From: Candidatus Latescibacterota bacterium
GTDB taxonomy: Bacteria; Latescibacterota; UBA2968; UBA8231
Length of the DNA stretch: 64,000 bases
NCBI GenBank assembly: GCA_965206595.1
Contig: OZ242214.1
Span: 256,001-320,000 of the forward strand
Reading direction: 5' to 3'
How positions within the stretch are numbered: the stretch's first letter is position 1; every line of letters starts with the position of its first letter. The notes beneath the pieces are model-generated. The model had not been told where the DNA came from and ran no database searches. It was given only the letters and a program-made list of their open reading frames with translations. This document shows, piece after piece, positions 1-14,050 of this stretch. Position numbers and translations under genes: made by a program.

Positions 1-160
1 CTTGGGTGGCATTGCAGGTCCTGTTATTGGGGCAACCTTGGCCTTGGAATTGGGGGATAGGTATCCCCCAACAGGGGACAGGAAAAACTCACGCTTTTCT
101 TTAGGGCTGGCTCCGAATTTACAACAAGGCTTGTCGGCTTCGGCCATCCTGCATTTTTAG
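1..160 (+). CDS. 3' end of an upstream gene (membrane/outer-membrane-like, ends ...GLSASAILHF)
   Basis: Frame open from position 2 to TAG at 158-160; Gly-rich hydrophobic segment and terminal Phe. Confidence 0.5.
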   Translation, partial: LGGIAGPVIGATLALELGDRYPPTGDRKNSRFSLGLAPNLQQGLSASAILHF

Positions 161-189
161 TCGCCAAACGAAAGCAACTGTCTTGAAAC

Positions 190-1566
<1,377 letters not shown>

Positions 1567-1767
1567 TCAGCTTCGAATATTTGGATCTATGGCAAAGATT
1601 TAGAGGATAGGCTGACAACCAATTCAGGCCCGCATGATGCTTATAGGAATTCAAATGGGGAATATTTGTCTTTGGAGTTTTTTGAGCATTCTGACGCGAA
1701 CTGCCCAAATGTGAATTTTTCGGAAAATAAGTTTGCCTTTCTTACTTCTCAATGCAGAAGGTATTTA

Positions 1768-1796
1768 TCCGGTTTTGCTCCGGTTTTGCTCCGGTT
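1768..1796. repeat. 11-nt tandem duplication (TCCGGTTTTGC x2 plus partial copy)
   Basis: Read directly; accounts for the frameshift. Confidence 0.9.
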
Positions 1797-4149
1797 GGGC
1801 GGGACGTACCTAACCCGCCTGAAGGACTATCCCATGTGCCAGTTCATAGCTGGTTACATTTAGGCTACTTCAACTATCCAGGAACGACTGCATCAGGGTG
1901 GAACGAGGCGTATTTTGACCAAGAGGGGGAGTATTACGGCGAAAATTTTGCCAACACCGCTTACGTGCGTTTCTACGAGAGATCAATTGAGTCGTATGGA
2001 GGTTCGTACCCCTCCCTTACCGTTATCCAGTACATTTACTTCTATCCCTACAATGACTGGTGGAATAACCATGAGGGCGACTGGCAGCGGGTGTATGTGG
2101 TGGTCAGTTCCAACGATCCCGACACGGCAACGATCCTCGGCGTGGAGTTCAAATTTCATTCTGCCTGGCTGAATTACTACCAGGGTTTTGGAATCCACCC
2201 GACGCTAACCACTGACTTTGTGTTCAACCCGAAAACCGAAGTAAAGCTGAGTCCTGGACCCACGCGCAACGGGGTTGTCCAATACACCCATCCTGTTGTC
2301 TACGTGGGGGCTGGTTCGCACGCAAGCTACCCTGTTGGAGGAAACATCCAAGTCTACCACGGTGGTTCCGGAGGTAGTTCCGGAGAAGAAGAAGTACAAG
2401 GCGCTGTGGGTGGGGACTGGGAATATATGAGCCACACGGGAAAGGTATTGAGTACTGAGGCCCCGGCAACCGGTAACTCCCTTTGGGAACGGTATGACTT
2501 GCAATACCTGCCCGATCCTGATCTAGACAACACCACCGATAACATGGGACTTTCCGGTACGCTGAGCTGGTTGGGCGCGAAGATACAATGGGGGACCCCG
2601 GTTGTCGAAAGTCCTTTTTTGGCCAGACTAGGCGGGGGGAACGAGAGTCCGTTTGGGCCTTTCAATGCCACCAACTCCGAGAATTGGGGACCGGCGCAAG
2701 GTTGGGGGGAATTGAAGTTTTTCGAAGTGGCGAGGCTCGGCCCCGGCAATATTGACACCCAGTTTTCCGTCCGTCACCGGAACTTGCCCTATTCAGACTA
2801 TCACCACTGGTCCATCCTCGGCGACGAGACCTGGAGCGGCTCGGTTGGCCTGTACGGCGACGTGGTGGTCTTTCCTGGGGCCGAACTTACGATACAGGCA
2901 GGGACCACGGTTACCTTTCCATCCCAAAGTGATCGGCATCAATTCAAGGATGGGAACAATAGTCTATCCGAGATTTTCGTGTATGGCACCCTGACATCCG
3001 AAGGAACTTCCGGCAATCAAGTCGTATTTCGAGGCCCCAATTCTTCGGACAATGCTCAGCATTGGGGCGGGATCCGAATTATGGAAGGCGGGTCGGAGGT
3101 TTTGCCCCATACCCAAATCCGCAACGCGCCCTTGCCGACGCTCCTCCCGACGAATCTGACTGCCGAAACAGGGGATGGGCAGGCAACGCTTCGTTGGGAC
3201 GATCCGTCCCCGTCCCCCTCCGATCCGAGCATAACCGGATGGGAATACCGCACGAAACCGGAAAGCGCTACGGAGTGGGGAGACTGGACGGGTGTGTCGG
3301 GTCGGGGTACTCGGGAGGCGCTGGTGTCGCCGTTGGCGTACGGGGTTCGACATCAATTTGAGGTGCGGGCGGTCAACACCACCCCCGGGGGCGGGCCTTC
3401 GTCGGATGTGGCGTCGGTAAGCCTGATGACGGTGGCATTCTCCGCGTCTAGCTACTCACTGATTGAAAGCGGCAACCCGGTGTTGCCGGGAGACGTTCGG
3501 GGCCAGGCTGAGGATCCGACGCAAGCGGCCCAGCAGGTGGAGGTCATCGTGGTAGTGACCCCGGCGACCGACCGGGCGCTGACGATCCCGGTGACGGTGT
3601 CAAACGGCTCGGCGGAGGCGGGCGACTACCGGCAGGACCTTCCTGTGGGCGGTTTGAGCTTTGCGTCGGGTAAGGCTTCGGCTCGATTCACGATCACGGC
3701 TGTATCTGACGATGATGTGGACGACGAGACGGTCCAGGTGGGTTTGGGAACACCGCTTCCGCCGGGGGTGCAAGCCGGCGATCCGGCCACGGCGACGGTG
3801 ACGTTGTACGATACGCCGTCGGCTCCGACGGTGACGGCCGAAGGCGGCGACGGGTCGGTGACGCTGAGCTGGGCGGCGGCGGGCAATCCGGGCATAGAAG
3901 GATGGCAGTATCGGATACTCCCGGTCACGAGCCAGGGGGTGTGGAGCGATTGGAAGCCCATGAGGGGCAGCCTTTCGACGACGACGGAGCATACGGTGGA
4001 CGGCCTGGACAACGAGGTGACGTATCGTTTCCAGGTGCGGGCGTACAATGCCCGAGGGTACGGGGATGAATCGACATCTGTGGATGCGACCCCGACCTCG
4101 CCCGGGGCCCCGACGGCCCCGACGGCCCCGCGGTCCCTGACGGCTCGGG

Positions 4150-6215
4150 CGGGGAACGAACAGGTGAGCCTGTCCTGGGAGACTCCCGACGACAACGGCT
4201 CGACGCTGACGGGGTGGGAGTATCGGCGCAGCACGGACGGGGGGACCACCTGGGACCCGGACTGGGAGGCGATTCCCCTTCCTCCCGGCACGGTCGCGGC
4301 CGACCTCGAGGAGCATACGGTCGAGGGGCTTACCCACGGTCAGGCGTACACCTTCGAGGTGCGTGCGATCAACGCCGTAGGGGATGGGGCCGCCTCGCGG
4401 GTGTTGCTGCCGGCGGCGCCGGGGAATTTCCGTGCGCGATGGGTTCTCGAGGGGGCCGATGCTTTTGGGCACCACGAGGCGAAGCTGAGTTGGACCGATC
4501 CGGCTGACCCCAGCCTCAGCTGGGAATACCGGAAGAAGGAGGGCACCTCGGATTGGGAAACTGCCTGGGCCACGGTGTCCGACGAGGATCCGACGGGCGT
4601 CTCGGTTACGCAGACGGTGGACGGCCTTGACATCACGCAGCCGTACCGGTTCCAGGTGCGGGTCCGTCAACCTGCGGGTTGGCCGGCGGAGGCGGGGCTG
4701 TCCCCGTTGCCGGTTTTTACGCAGCCGCTGTCGGTGCGGGCCCAAAGCGTGGCCGGCAAGGCGCAATTCGATCTGGGGTTTGTCCCCCCGGTGGGGGGTC
4801 CGGACCTGCCGGATGGTTCGCAACAGGTTTCGTCGGCCAACCTCCGATATCAGTTGGTGACCATCCAGGCGAATGGCCAGAAGACGACGAGCGGTTTCGT
4901 CGGTCTGGGCACTTTACCTCAGCTACTTCCTGCGGGGGCGGTAGCGACTTATTCCGCTCCGGCCGGGTCGGTTGGCGGCGCGTCGGAGGCTCAAGCCGCC
5001 GCCTTTCAGGTGGTGGCTACCCTCCTGATTACGGGTCTGGACCCGGGTGTGACCTACCAAATCAAGGTGCGCCTGCTCGATTCGGACGAGTCGACGATAT
5101 CGGAATCGACGTTGGGTTCGCTGCTGGGTCTTCGGGTGCAGTGGTCCACGGCCGGTTCGGTGGTGCTGAGCTGGAACCGAAGGACCGACCCGGGCCTCAC
5201 GGGCTGGCAGTATCGTCAGCAGGCCGGCAGCGGGTCGTGGGGTGACTGGCAGAGCGTGCCCAACAGCACGGCGTCGACGACGAGTCATACGGTGTCCAGC
5301 CTTACCGAGACGGAGACCTACCGGTTCCAGGTGCGGGCGCTGGTGCCGGGGGGTCCGTTGGCCGAATCGTTCACGGTGTCGGCTCCTCCGAAGCCTTTGG
5401 TAGCGCCGGGTAACCTGCATGCGGAACCCGGTCACGCGTCGATGACGTTGCGTTGGGACGACGCGAACAATGCCCGCCTCACCGGGTGGCAGTATCAGCA
5501 GCGGCAGGCCGGAGAGGATTGGGGAGCGTGGCAGCCGATCCCGGGCAGCACGGCGTCGACGACCTCGTATACGGTTACGGACCTGACCAACGGGGTGAGC
5601 TACCGTTTCCGGGTTCGGGCGTTGGCCGGGTCCCAGCAGGGTCCCTTCGGGAAGTCGGTGGGAGGGCCGCCCAACGGCTTGCGGGCCCAGGCGTTGAACG
5701 GCTCGGTGGAGCTGGTCTGGGCCGACCCGTCCGATTCCCGTATCGCGGGGTGGCAGTATCGGGTGCGCGAGGGTCAGGACAGGTGGAGTGGGTGGCAGCC
5801 GGTCCCGGGCAGCACGGCGTCGACGACCTCGTATACGGTGCCGGACCTGACCAACGGGGTGAATCACCGGTTCCGGGTTCGGGGGGTGACCTCGAATGGC
5901 CGGGTGGTGTTGACCTGGCCGATGGTGGAGACGAGTCCGGATGGGTCGCTTGCGGTCCCGCCGCCGGTCCCGGTGACCAACGGTCCGCCGGAGATCACGA
6001 GCGGTCCTTCAGTGGTATCGTTCGACGAGAACGGCGCCGGCGTGGTGGCCACCTATACGGGCACCGACCCGGACAGTGATGCGCTCACCTGGACGCTGGG
6101 CGGCGCCGATGCGGACACGATGGAAATCGATGCGTCGGGTCGGCTGAGTTTCCGGGCGCCGCCGCCGGATTTCGAGTCTCCGGGGGACATGAACGGCGAC
6201 AAGATCTACGAGGTG
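4150..6215 (+). repeat. About 2.1-kb FN3/cadherin stalk segment, copy 1 (copy 2 at about 10550-12640)
   Basis: Long near-identical stretches, e.g. about 5360-5940 vs 11785-12365. Confidence 0.9.
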
Positions 6216-6372
6216 ACGGTGACTTGGAGGCAGGTTGCATCCTCGCAAGTTAACCAATTGAAATTGAAATTTCATAAAAAATGTCCTTTAATTTACCACT
6301 TTAGTCTTCTATGGGCGATGACCGGTGCATCTCTTTTTGACAAAAAAAACGTCAATTGAAAGGGAATATTTC

Positions 6373-7884
6373 ATGGCTGGAATTAGATGGGTAACGCTCT
6401 TGCTGATTTTCCTGACTGGCCATACGGCCCCGGTGGTCGCCCAGGATGAGGGAACGGCCATTGAGTTCAACGTGACCGATTTCGTCCCCCTGGAAGTCGG
6501 CAACCGGTGGACCTTTTCCCACGGGTATCGAAATGAAATGTATGACCAGTGGTATTTCCTTTGGGACGACTCGGACGGCGAGAACTGGAGCGAGGAGGAA
6601 GCGGAGTACTGGGAAGCCTACTTCAGCCCATTCAGGGTGCCTGGGGACACTCTGCTTGGAAAGTCCCCCCCGGACGAAATAGACACACCCGACCGATCTC
6701 TGACTCATCCAGATCCAAAACAGTTTACTCTCGAAATCACGCACACGGAGTTCATTGACGGGTTTGAGTATTTCGTCTTCAACGAGCCGCCCTATGACTG
6801 GCCGCCGTTGCCAGGGTTTGGAGTGGTTTGGAACGAACAGTGGGACCCGGATAAGGGGTTGTTTTTTGCCGGGAACAAGGTGCGGTTGTCGGAGGACGGG
6901 GTTCTCTTTTTTCGCTTGGATGGCGTGGACGTCCCCGTGTTTGATTTCAGAATGCCCTCCATAGGATGGGACTCGAATGATCTAGGTGGGCTTTTCGCCC
7001 GTGATCTCCGCAGCGGGTATCCCGATCCCAGAGGAATTCCTGGCATTTCCCGGCAAATGAAAGATATGTTTCAAGACCACCAGCTTAGGATGTACCCGGA
7101 TCAACTGGTTATATTGGTAAATCCAGTATATCGGAATCAGGCTTTGGAAGTTGTTTTTTATTTCACGCCGTTTTTTGATATCTATCCCTCTGATTGGAAC
7201 GCCTCTCCGTTGACCCCCGAATGGACGGTTCATTTTTTGAATGGATTTGGCATGAGTAGGGTTACGCAGACCTGGGTGGACTTACACTATTGGGAGCCGT
7301 TATCAAACGGCCTTCGTGCATTTTCGGCGATTATCTCCGGCAAAGAGGTGTCCGATATAGAGGCGATGGAAAAATTCTTGCTTCTGGTCGAGCCCGTTCT
7401 TCCGCCCGTAGTGGGAAAACGGGACACACTCTCATCGGGTGGCGGCGCCTTTGACTTCAGTGAGGGCACCTTCAAGGAGTATGGTTCGACAGATGGGGAC
7501 TTGGTGATTGATGGAGTGCCGGATGGTACTGGGTTCTATAATTCTGTATTACGGTCGTCCATGGCAATCGCCGATCTCGGGGAAATAGATTTCAACCGCT
7601 TGGTCGACGAGGGGTCCGGATACCTTGAGATTGAGAAAAACCGTGATTCTTTTAGCCGGAGGAACTATCCCCGGGAAGGCCATGTCTATGCAGTACTGAC
7701 CCCGGAAGGGGGCCTTGCGGTGATGCACGTTGTGTTTGTAGTCAAAGGTCGCCGGTGGCTCTCCCCTCTCGAGTGGTTCGTCTTTGACTGGGTGTACTAT
7801 CCCACATTCAACATCCCCCCCATTGAGACCTCCATCAAGACTACATCGTGGGGTCGGGTGAAAAAATCCTTGCGCAAAGAGTAA
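6373..7884 (+). CDS. Secreted hypothetical protein with FVPLEVGNRW motif and C-terminal TTSWGRVK
   Basis: Signal peptide MAGIRWVTLLLIFLTGHTAPVVA; about 500-aa open frame. Confidence 0.8.
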   Translation: MAGIRWVTLLLIFLTGHTAPVVAQDEGTAIEFNVTDFVPLEVGNRWTFSHGYRNEMYDQWYFLWDDSDGENWSEEEAEYWEAYFSPFRVPGDTLLGKSPPDEIDTPDRSLTHPDPKQFTLEITHTEFIDGFEYFVFNEPPYDWPPLPGFGVVWNEQWDPDKGLFFAGNKVRLSEDGVLFFRLDGVDVPVFDFRMPSIGWDSNDLGGLFARDLRSGYPDPRGIPGISRQMKDMFQDHQLRMYPDQLVILVNPVYRNQALEVVFYFTPFFDIYPSDWNASPLTPEWTVHFLNGFGMSRVTQTWVDLHYWEPLSNGLRAFSAIISGKEVSDIEAMEKFLLLVEPVLPPVVGKRDTLSSGGGAFDFSEGTFKEYGSTDGDLVIDGVPDGTGFYNSVLRSSMAIADLGEIDFNRLVDEGSGYLEIEKNRDSFSRRNYPREGHVYAVLTPEGGLAVMHVVFVVKGRRWLSPLEWFVFDWVYYPTFNIPPIETSIKTTSWGRVKKSLRKE

Positions 7885-10403
7885 CCAACCTTCTCCAAAA
7901 CTTGAGGAAAAGAAATAATGCAATTCCTAGTGGTTGTTCTCCTTGGCTTCTGCGTTTCGGCCGCTTGGAGTCAGGACTTCGTCTGCGGATATGTTCCACC
8001 AGAAGACGGCAGTAGCCTTCAAGGCCCTTCCGGTCAGTCGTCCTCGTATACCGGGGACACCGTAAGGAAGTTGATTTTATTCGGCAAATTTTCGGGCGGC
8101 TCTGCCCCCCCTGACTTGACTGCTGACGTGTTTCGCGATCGCGATGGTAATTTGACCAAGTCAGCTACGGATTTGCTTGACATCGAGGATGATGGCAGTT
8201 TACCACACTTTTTATACAAGATGTCCTATCAGACTCTGACCCTGACCCCTCCGAGCACCAGCACTATCTCCACGACCTGGTATTCGAGCAAGAAAGCAAA
8301 CGCTGCCGCTTATGGCATAGGTACAAATTGTACTTCTGCCCATTCGCCTCGATTGCCCTGTGAGTCACCAGGTCATCGTGCCTATCCTTGTACAAAGGTG
8401 ACCATTTGGCGTGCTGCCGTAGAAGCCTTCGTCAAAGAAGTTCTCGACGCAGCCGATCTCACAGTCAACTTTGCGGAGTACGATGTGGTCTCCGTGATGA
8501 TACCCAATCCAGAAGGCCCCCTGGGTTTTGGAGGCTGTCGATTTAATGGAACGGTCCTTGGTGGCATGGGTACGTACGATGGTGTCAACCTTTCACGTGT
8601 CTTGGTGGGAGATCGGGAGGAGTTCCCTGACATGGTGGGCTTTTTGGCGCACGAGTACGGGCATCTCATGGGGCTGCATGAACTGTACGACCGCAGCCAC
8701 CAACATATGGAAAATAATCTAGTATCCCACAGTGCCGGCATCGGTCGTTGGGGAACCATGGGCCTTGGCAACACCGGATGGGTAAGGAGCGGTGGATCCG
8801 ACGGTCCCAACCCTCTGTCAGCATACTCACGCCTGAAGGTCGGCTGGTTGGAGCCCCAAACCATCACTACGGCCAGGAAAGATGTTACCCTTCCCGACAT
8901 CCACGCTGATAGGACCAACGCGTACAAGATTCCCATCCCCGGTTCAACGAAAGAGTATTTCCTACTGGCAAGTCGCCAGAACGCCGTGAGCAATTACTAC
9001 GACGATAAATTCCATGGCAGCGGTGGCTTAGCCATTTGGCATATCGACGAAAGATCGGGGTGGGGTTTGGACGACAATGAGTGGGAGAGGTGGAAGACGG
9101 TTGACCTGGAGTGTGCCGATGGGCTCTGGACGACCAGTCCAGGCGTGGGGAAAAACACGGAATCAGGCGGGGATCACCTGGACTTTTTCCATCGGGTAGA
9201 AGATGAAACAACGGAGGTGCAACAGTTCGGGGGCAACCGGGGCGATGCCACCGACCTGTGGGACGGCACTTTGGACGAAAGTTCGAACCGAAGGGATTTC
9301 ACCCCGGAAACCAATCCCTCAACGGCCGGGTACGACTCCAGCCCCAAACCGTCCACGAGGTTCCCGCAGCCTATAGCTAAAAGACAGAATGTTTTCACCG
9401 GCATTCATATAGAAAACATCCGGCGGGAATCCGGGGGCGTTATGAAGTTTGATGTTCGTTTTGCGCCGCTGGCTCCCAATGATCTCGAAGCCGCCATTGG
9501 CGAAGATCGGGTGCAACTCAGTTGGACCAAGCCATCTTCCAACGGTGCGACCGTTGCTTCCTACAATGTGCGCCATCGTCCCAGTTCGGCGACGGCATGG
9601 ACAAGGGAAACGACGGTGGCAGCCCCGGACGAGGACGATGCCGTGGTAAGCCATACGGTCACCGGACTGACTATCGACACTCCCTACTTCTTTGAAGTGG
9701 CCGCCGTCAGCGGCAGACAAAATGAGTTGGCGGGCCTTGAGGGCCCATCCGTTAGCCGCACGGCAACGCCCCAACGAGCTATTCGTCGGACTGAGGTCCC
9801 CCCCTTGGTTTTTCCCGAGATACATCAGAATACCTCGAACTGGGAAAGCTATGTGGACAGGTTTGAAAAAAGCGGCTCGTATGATTGGTCGTTGGAAGGT
9901 CTCGATGCGTTGCAGTTCCGACTGGATGAAACAGAGGGCGGGTTTCAGGAGTTGCATTTTAAAAACCCTCCCAACTATGAGTCTCCGTTGGACACACCAA
10001 AAGGCGGCAATACCGAAGGGGACAATATCTACGAAGTGACGGTGAAGGCCGAACCCTCGGGCGCGAGCGGGGCAAGCAGTTCTGATTTTCGTCATATGCT
10101 TCCCGTCACCGTTGAGGTGACCAATATAAATGAAACTGGCAGGGTGACCGTGACTCCTGAAGGTCCGCCTCGAGTGAACGAGGTTCTGACCGCGACCCTG
10201 ACAGACCCCGATAACCCTGACGGGGACTTTACCGGGATCAGTTGGCAATGGTTCCAGGGCATCGTATACCAACAAGGCGACGAACGCTACGTGGGTAGTA
10301 CAGATGAGATTACGGGTGCCACTGCTTCGCAGTACACTCCGGAGGCAGATGATATTGGCTTTGCACTGGTTGCTAAAGTTCATTACACCGATGCCCACGG
10401 AGA

Positions 10404-10537
10404 GCAAACGAAAGAAACGCCGTATTCCTCTCCAGAGTTGGTGGTGGCGAATGTGCCGTCGGCGCCGGGCAAACGAAAGAAACGCCGTATTCCTCTCCAG
10501 AGTTGGTGGTGGCGAATGTGCCGTCGGCGCCGGGCAA
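10404..10537. repeat. Perfect 65-nt tandem duplication with GCAA microhomology
   Basis: 10404-10468 equals 10469-10533. Confidence 0.95.
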
Positions 10538-10549
10538 CCTGCAGGCGAC

Positions 10550-12640
10550 CCCCGGCAACGGGGAAGTGACCCTGTCCTGGGAGACTCCCGCCGACAACGG
10601 CTCGGCGCTGACGCGGTATGACTACCGGCAGAGCACGGACGGGGGGACCACGTGGGATCCGGACTGGACGGAAATTACGATCCCCGTCAACACGGTCGCG
10701 GCCGACCTCGAGGAGTATACGGTCGAAAGGCTCACCGACGGCCAGGCGTACACCTTCGAGGTGCGTGCGATCAACGCGATAGGGGATGGGGCCGCTTCGC
10801 AGGTATCCCTGCCGGCGGCGCCGGGGAATTTCCGTGCGCGATGGGTTCTCGAGGGGTCCGATGCTTTCGGGCACCACGAGGCGAAGCTGAGTTGGACCGA
10901 CCCGAGTGACCCCAACATCAGCTGGGAATTACCGGAAGAAGGAGGGCACCTCGGATTGGGAAACTGCCTGGACGACGGTGTCGGACGAGGATCCGACGGG
11001 CGTCTCGGTTGCGCAGACGGTGGACGGCCTCGACATCACGCAGCCGTACCGGTTCCAGGTTCGGGTCCGTCAACCTGCGGGTTGGTCGGCCGAGGCGGTG
11101 CTGACCCCCTTGCCGGTTTTTACGCAGCCGCTGTCGGTGAAGGCCCGAAGCGGGGCCGGCAAGGCGCAATTCGACCTGGTGTTTTCTCCCCCGGTGGACG
11201 GTCCAGACCTTCCGGATGATGCGCAGCAGGTTTCGTCGGGCAACCTCCGGTATCAGCTGGTGACCGTCGACGCGGAGGGCGCGACGAATACCAGCGATTT
11301 CGTAGACCTGGCCAATTTCTCTCGGCTTCTGCCTGCCGGGGCGAGCCTGGCATCGACTTTTTCGGCAACCGACCTTGCCCCGGTGGAGGGGTTGGCCGGG
11401 GGCGCGTCGGAGACTCAAGCCGCCGCTTTCCGTCAGGCGGCGACGCTGCGAATCACGGGCCTGGACCCGGGCGTGACCTACCAAATCAAGATGCGTCTGG
11501 TCGCTTCGGACGGGGCGACGATTTCGGAGTCGACTTCGGGTTCGGTTCTGGGTCTTCGTTGGCAGCGACCGACCGCCGGGTCGGTGGAGTTGAGCTGGAC
11601 GGATCCGGACGATCCAGTTATCAGGGGCTGGCAGTATCGTCAGCAGGCGGGCAGCGGGTCTTGGGGGGTTTGGCAGAGCGTGCCCAACAGCACGGCGTCG
11701 ACGACGAGTCATACGGTGTCCAGCCTGGACGCGGAGGAGACCTACCGGTTTCAGGTAGGCGCGATCGGTCCGGGGGGTCTGGTTGCCGAATCGTTCACGG
11801 TGTCGGCTCCTCCGAAGCCTTTGGTAGCGCCGGGTAACCTGCATGCGGAACCCGGTCACGCGTCGATGACGTTGCGTTGGGACGACGCGAACAATGCCCG
11901 CATCACCGGGTGGCAGTATCGGCAGCGGCAGGCCGGAGAGGATTGGGGAGCGTGGCAGCCGATCCCGGGCAGCACGGCGTCGACGACCTCGTATACGGTT
12001 ACGGACCTGACCAACGGGGTGAGCTACCGTTTCCGGGTGCGGGCGTTGGCCGGGTCCCAGGAGGGTCCCTTCGGGAAGTCGGTGGGAGGGCCGCCCAACG
12101 GCTTGCTGGCCCAGGCGTTGGACGGTGCGGTGGAGCTGGTCTGGGCGGACCCGTCCGATTCCCGTATCGCGGGGTGGCAGTATCGGGTGCGCGAGGGTCA
12201 GGACAGGTGGAGTGGGTGGCAGCCGGTCCCGGGCAGCACGGCGTCGACGACCTCGTATACGGTGCCGGACCTGACCAACGGGGTGAATCACCGGTTCCGG
12301 GTTCGGGGGGTGGCCTCGAATGGCCGGGTGGTGCTGGCCTGGCCGATGGTGGAGACGAGTCCGGATGCGTCGCTCGGGGTCCGGCCGGCGGTTCCGGGGA
12401 CCAACGGTCCGCCGGAGATCACGAGCGGTCCTTCGGCGGTATCGTTTGCCGAGAACGGCGCCGGCGTGGTGGCCACGTATGCGGGCACCGATCCGGACAA
12501 CGATGCGCTCATCTGGACGCTGGGCGGCGCCGATGCGGACACGATGCGGCTGGATGCGTCGGGTCGGCTTTTTTTCCGGGCGCCGCCGCCGGATTTCGAG
12601 TCTCCGGGGGACGCGAACGGCGACAAGATCTACGAGATGA
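10550..12640 (+). repeat. Stalk segment copy 2
   Basis: Matches 4150-6215 at an offset of about 6.4 kb. Confidence 0.9.
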
Positions 12641-12720
12641 CGGTGTCGCTCAGCGACGGCCGCCCGGACGCGGCGGCCGACACCACGGTGTCGGTGCGGG
12701 TGCGTGTGACCGACGTCAAC

Positions 12721-14050
12721 GAGGCGCCGGTGGTGTCGGGAGTCAGCGACACCACGTTTGCCGAGAAGGGCTCGGGGGTGGTGGTCACGTATGCGGCCAC
12801 CGATCCGGAAGGCACTCCCATCACGTGGACGCTGGGCGGCGCCGATGCGGACACGATGCGGCTGGATGCGTCGGGTCGGCTGCGTTTCCGGGCGCCGCCG
12901 CCGGATTTCGAGGATCCGGGGGACGCGAACGTCGACACCGTCTATGAGGTGACGGTGACGGCCGGCGACGGGTCGCTGTCGTCGCCCCCGTTTCCGGTCA
13001 GGGTGCGTCTGACCAACGTCGACGAGCCGGGCAGGGTGATCCTGCCTGCGAGTCCTCAGGAGGGTCTGGCGTTTACGGCGGCCCTGACCGACCCGGACGG
13101 GGACGTGAGTGCGGAGCACGAGGAGGGGAATCCCGACGACGGGAACCGCGACGGGTGGGTGTTCGAGCGTCGGCGGCCGGCCGCGGGCGAGTCGTGGCAG
13201 CTCATCGCGGCCCCGGGTGGGGCTTCGGGGGCGGTGTCGACCTTGCCGGAGCTGAAGAGCTACACGCCGACGGCGGCCGATGTCGGTCACCTGCTGCGGG
13301 CGCGGGTGAGCTACCGGGACGGTCACGGTCCGAACAAGAACGCGCAGAGCGAGCCCACCGGGCCGGTGACGGCCCGGCCGCCGCCGCCGCCCGAGGCGCC
13401 GGTGGTGTCGGGAGTCAGCGACACCACGTTTGCCGAGAAGGGCGCCGGCGTGGTGGCGACCTATACGGCCACCGCCCCGGAAGGCACTCCCATCACGTGG
13501 TTGCTGGGCGGCGCCGATGCGGACACGATGCGGCTGGATGCGTCGGGTCGGCTGCGTTTCCGGGCGCCGCCGCCGGATTTCGAGTCTCCGGGGGACGCGA
13601 ACGTCGACACCGTCTACGAGGTGACGGTGACGGCCGGCGACGGGTCGCTGTCGTCGCCCCCGTTTCCGGTCAGGGTGAGTCTGACCAACGTCGACGAGCC
13701 GGGCACGGTGATCCTGCCCTCGAGTCCTCAGGAGGGTCTGGCGTTTACCGCGGCCCTGACCGACCCGGATGGGGATGTGAGTGCGCGGCACGAGGAGGGG
13801 AATCCCGACGATGGGGACCGCGACGGGTGGGTGTTTGAGCGTCGGGACGGCAACGGGCGGTGGCAGCTCATCCCGTCGCAGGGTGGGGCTTCGGGCGCGG
13901 TGTCCAGCTTGCCGGAGCTGAAGAACTACACGCCCACGGCGGCGGATGTCGGTCACCTGCTGCGGGCGCGGGTGAGCTACCGGGACGGTCACGGTCCGAA
14001 CAAGAGCGCGCAGAGCGAGCCCACCGGGCCGGTGACGGCGGCCCCGCCGC
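12721..14050 (+). repeat. Two tandem units of about 672 nt (cadherin plus Ig-like domain)
   Basis: GAGGCGCCGGTGGTGTCGGGAGTC at 12721 and 13393. Confidence 0.85.

Noticed and set aside
10404-10930. +65 and +1 lesions as a compensating frameshift pair
   Set aside because: The net change is in frame, but a stop at 10567-10569 lies between them.
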